Assembly: GCA_030141605.1 (NCBI GenBank)
Contig: JAQGDQ010000416.1
Span: forward strand, 1 to 64,000
Source: Tubiluchus corallicola
Taxonomy: Eukaryota > Animalia > Priapulida
DNA length: 64,000 nucleotides
Direction of reading: 5' to 3'
Of this stretch, positions 61,621 through 64,000 are shown piece after piece (the stretch's first letter is position 1; each line of letters begins with the position of its first letter). The notes beneath the pieces were generated by a model. That model saw nothing but the letters and a program-made list of their open reading frames with translations. It ran no database searches and had not been told where the DNA came from. Made by a program: the position numbers and the translations under genes.

Positions 61621-63715
61621 ACATAATTATAAACACTTTAAATGTAGAGGTTTCTTATCGAAATTGGGCTACCCTTACATTAAAAATTAATTATTGAAAA
61701 CGATACTCGACTTTCAACAGAGAATGGTACAACAAATCACAGAGCTGTAAGGATACCGGAAACAAAGAAGTAATCGGTTCTTGACTATTGAAATAACGCT
61801 ATATCGGAAATCTATAAGTCACAGAAAACGAGTGCCCGCGGGGCGGTTCTGACACATAACAATAGTACTGAGCTTTTGTGTCAAACATTAATCGACTGCG
61901 ATCATGTGTATAACGTACGCTGCACTCAGTCTAATTAACGCTGAGAACTGAAGCCAACAGACCTTTGAAATATAGAATTTCACGTCAAACAGTCACCCCC
62001 GGTCAAAACGCACACATAACCATCTGGAAACCTGATTGATATATCAATATCAATTTCATATTGCATAGGAACTATAGCAACTACTTGCCGAAAAAAAGCC
62101 GGGCAACGGGTGATCGTTTCGCAATGTCAGTGTTAACTTCAGCACAATTATTGACTCGCATGAAAGAGTTCTTTGTGCAACTAAACTTTACATAATTGAG
62201 TGTCATTGATATTTTTCAAGAGCATACTTCAAAGCCATTTTGCTTGAGTCGACACTTGAAGCTGAATAGTTAACATTCGACGTGTGTCAGATATTTTACC
62301 ATTAGATGAGAATTCTGAAGTTAAAAAATAAACTCAAACTTCTTTGTTAAAATTTTAAGCAAGAATGCCTACTAAAAATAATTCTAAATTTAACTTTCTC
62401 CTGAATTTGCAACAATAATCTATAAGTCTACTGACGTTATCTGCTTAAAGTTTAATTAAATTTTAAGAATTGGATATTAGCAATATAAAAAAAACAATTA
62501 AAAAGTCAACTTGCGCGAACAATTTTTGAGCAACCATTATCACAAAATTAAAGACCGCAACAAAACTTTAAACAGAAGTATTTTAACTAGAGCACAAAAT
62601 TATAGGCAAGGCAGGTAGGTGAGTTCATCACTACCAGGGAAACTAACCAAGTTTGCATTACGTTTTACCCTTTTATCACCCAAACCTGCCTCACTTTGGA
62701 TTTATCTCATGATAGTCAGCGAATCTTGCCAAAATGAGTGCTTGTTATTGGCTTTGTTATTATTAAATATTGTTATTAGTGGCTTTACAGTCGAACGTAT
62801 GATGACAGAAAATAAACAAAATTAAGTGAGTTATATTACAAGGAACAACAAATACGCTTCACTTCCATTTTATACAAAATACAAATAAATACAAATAAAA
62901 TTGTAATAAAAAATCCTGATACTTGTAAATAAACATAGAACTTGAAATCTTTCTCCGGATCAAAAAGTCATATGACTTCTTTAACGACCAATCTTTAACT
63001 GTTCTGTCTCCTCGATCTCCGTTTTGGCTTTATTCCAATTTTCCTAGAGCCTATGAGAAGACAAGGAACTTGGTCAGCTGCCGTGTGAGTTGAAACTACG
63101 GTGGTTTGAAAAAGGAAAGCGTGAGCTCACTTGCTCGTTTTATTATGTTATGTTAAATAAACATGAGGATGAAAATACTAGGCTTAGCCAGGTAAATACT
63201 GCTAATAGCCTTTTAACGAACTGTACACTAGTACCGAAGACACCATGTCGGACATACACCCACCATCCATTGTGTAGTTTCAAAGCTTGTTTGACAAGAG
63301 AACGCTGTGTTGACAAAGTATGGAGTTTCAAATATAGAGATCTTCTTGATGAGAAGCTATTAACCTTATCCGTGTTTAAGATATGCTAGAACACGTCTCA
63401 AAGCACGCAGTGGAATACAATGTCAGGAGTTCTTTTCACAGGAACATGAGGACCAGACTCATGCATTCTTTATCAGTAACTAAACATTGAGTTAGCTTTT
63501 GCCGGGAGTGTGAACACAGGTTATAATGCTGGGGCCTCTTATCATCAGTCAAACTTGGTTGGGTTCTGTTTATGAGTATTATAAAGTCATGAAGCATTTG
63601 GCTAATACAGGGAGTATGACAAATTAGTTGTAGTTATTAGTTATTATATAATTTATAGAGAGTACAAGTTGTATTTAACAGGCAAACGATTTTTCCATTT
63701 ACTGTGCTCATTTCA

Positions 63716-63794
63716 GCGATAGAATGCTATTTAAACCAAAATGGAGCATCAATGCTATTTTATCAATGCGATAGAATGCTATTTAAACCAAAAT
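63716..63794. repeat. 27-bp exact direct repeat with a 25-bp related spacer
   Basis: GCGATAGAATGCTATTTAAACCAAAAT at 63716-63742 and 63768-63794. Confidence 0.9.
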
Positions 63795-63895
63795 ACCAGC
63801 TAATTGGTAAAAAAAAGCTGTGAAACGACGATCTTGGTAAAATCTGTGAAATACCCTATTAAACACTTCTATTGTGAATTCCTGTAATAGTCAGT

Positions 63896-64000
63896 TTCAG
63901 CCATATAGTGAGCTCCTACAACAATGAACTTCAGCCATAGTGAGCTCCTGCAACAATGAGCTTCAGCCATATAGTGAGCTCCTGCAACAATGAACTTCAG
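63896..64000. repeat. 32/34-bp minisatellite, truncated by the window end
   Basis: TTCAGCCAT(AT)AGTGAGCTCCTRCAACAATGARC, 3 or more copies. Confidence 0.95.

Overview
AT-rich animal genomic DNA, probably from an invertebrate, with dense microsatellites, spliceosomal intron signals and many short non-autonomous transposons. I can support one protein-coding gene: a minus-strand heparan sulfate glucosamine 3-O-sulfotransferase of the HS3ST2/3/4/6 ('gD-type') group. It has two coding exons (42642-42029 and 8755-8131) joined across a 33,273-bp phase-2 GT-AG intron, giving 412 aa. Around it are a plausible TATA-less core promoter (CCAAT box plus TCAGTC initiator), a 5' leader with five short uORFs (one overlapping the first ATG), and a ~1.95-kb 3' UTR with a poly(A) signal, three Pumilio elements and miR-9/miR-124/miR-33 seed matches. 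The rest is repeats: a foldback Tc1/mariner-type MITE, TTAA-flanked Kolobok-like elements (including an inverted pair), a HINE/Helentron-like element, a tRNA-derived MetaSINE-like copy, elements carrying telomere-like (CCCTAA)n tracts, minisatellites and local duplications. I see no convincing new multi-gene system. The best leads are regulation of the HS3ST transcript and several possibly uncatalogued repeat families. All alignments were done by eye and family assignments come from recall, not searches.
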